Below, one piece after another: positions 63,061 through 64,000 of a DNA stretch of 64,000 bases (the first letter of the stretch is position 1; every line of letters starts with the position of its first letter). This stretch comes from Vicugna vicugna (lineage: Eukaryota), in assembly GCA_013265495.1 (NCBI GenBank), contig MU058384.1:6344956-6408955 (forward strand), read 5' to 3'. The notes beneath the pieces are model-generated. The model saw only the letters and a list, made by a program, of their open reading frames with translations, did not search any database and had not been told where the DNA came from. Position numbers and translations under genes: made by a program.

Positions 63061-64000
63061 CATCCCCCCATAAAACTGTAATTGTACAGAAAGTCTAACA
63101 ACTTACATTCCCATTACATTATTGACATATTATAGCTGGGAATAACCATCAGGAGGGCATTGCTTTCAAGTCCTCTGCACCAAGTTACCCTCATTGCCCT
63201 CCAAATTTCATCAGTTGCTCTGGGAAGCTGGGTCAGGCACTGGCTGGTTCCAACCGCTCAGGCAGCAGACCAGAGAGGGAAGCCAGCAGCACAAAGAACA
63301 TCCAGCTCCAGTTCTATGGCCAACTGTTCAGAGAGGTAAGATGGGCATTCTGTGATCAAGCACATGACTCTCTTCCCTGCCTGTACAGAAGGAAAACAGC
63401 AAAGGTGTCCAAGAAACAGATCTGGGTGAACAGTAATGCCTGCCTTCAATCTCTACAATCAAGCTACAAAGTAGATGCTGGGGCTATTTTTCAACTGTTT
63501 ATTGAAGACAGGGCAGGGACTTTGCAAAATGGTCCATTGAACACATGTTTAAAAAGAATGGGGTTGATTTCCCATGTTGAAAAATTGTAACAAGCTGAAT
63601 TTCATGATAATCATTTGGGTCCTTAGTGACAGGTTCATTAGATGGCAGTAATCTTCCTGGAGTTATAAAGTATGACCCCTTGATTTTTGACAGGAAGGGC
63701 CAGCCAAGGGTTTCTGTTTGGTTTGTGTTTGCTAACTGTTGATGGTTGGTTAGTTAGATTAGAAAATACAGATGCAGTTGTAACTGGACGGTCCCAGAGA
63801 ATTCTGAGCTTGGGCAACTTTTGTTACACCTACAGATGCTCAGACTGACTCTGGAAATTGACTTTTCTTCTCGCCCACTGCCCCTGTTGCTCCTCCCAAC
63901 CGACACTTTCTTACAACAATCGCTTTTTTCTCAGCCATAAACCTCTCTTCCATGGCCAGGAACCCTCTGTGATATAGAATATATGATCACATGCATGACT

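Larger units (their letters stand above)
56187..64000 (-). other. EYA4: EYA4 intron upstream of the start exon (partial)
   Basis: Ends in a long polypyrimidine tract plus AG at 56188-56187. No CpG-island promoter or first exon is visible in the window. Confidence 0.8.

Noticed and set aside
63290..63341. Plus-strand donor GAG|GTAAGA suggesting an antisense exon
   Set aside because: No matching acceptor or partner exon is visible; a single donor motif is expected by chance.
1..64000. Prokaryotic-type systems (CRISPR array, operons, defence islands)
   Set aside because: The sequence is mammalian intronic DNA with no regularly spaced repeat-spacer array and no gene-dense ORF structure.

Overview
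Mammalian genomic DNA, almost certainly from a camelid (Camelus or Vicugna/Lama), judged by 11 copies of a tRNA-Ala(AGC)-headed SINE of the Vic-1 type. The whole window lies inside one minus-strand gene, EYA4. The only exon I can identify is the start-codon exon (exon 2 in human numbering) at 56088-56186 (-), encoding MEDSQDLNEQS. To its left are more than 56 kb of the following intron, and to its right about 8 kb of the preceding intron. The rest is typical intronic repeat content: L1 of several ages (mostly antisense to the gene), L2, CR1/L3, MIR, MaLR LTRs, hAT and mariner MITEs, and microsatellites. None of the ORFs in the supplied track is a credible gene. I found no convincing new biological system. 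The best leads are: (i) two extra consensus 5' splice sites around the EYA4 start exon, one removing the ATG and one adding 14 in-frame codons; (ii) several candidate cryptic micro-exons, including a possible early terminal exon enclosed by an inverted SINE pair; (iii) a candidate L1 3' transduction between perfect target-site duplications (TSDs); and (iv) a PBX-HOX/MEIS/SIX motif cluster that looks like an enhancer. Repeat names and boundaries were assigned by eye from recalled consensus sequences and are approximate.
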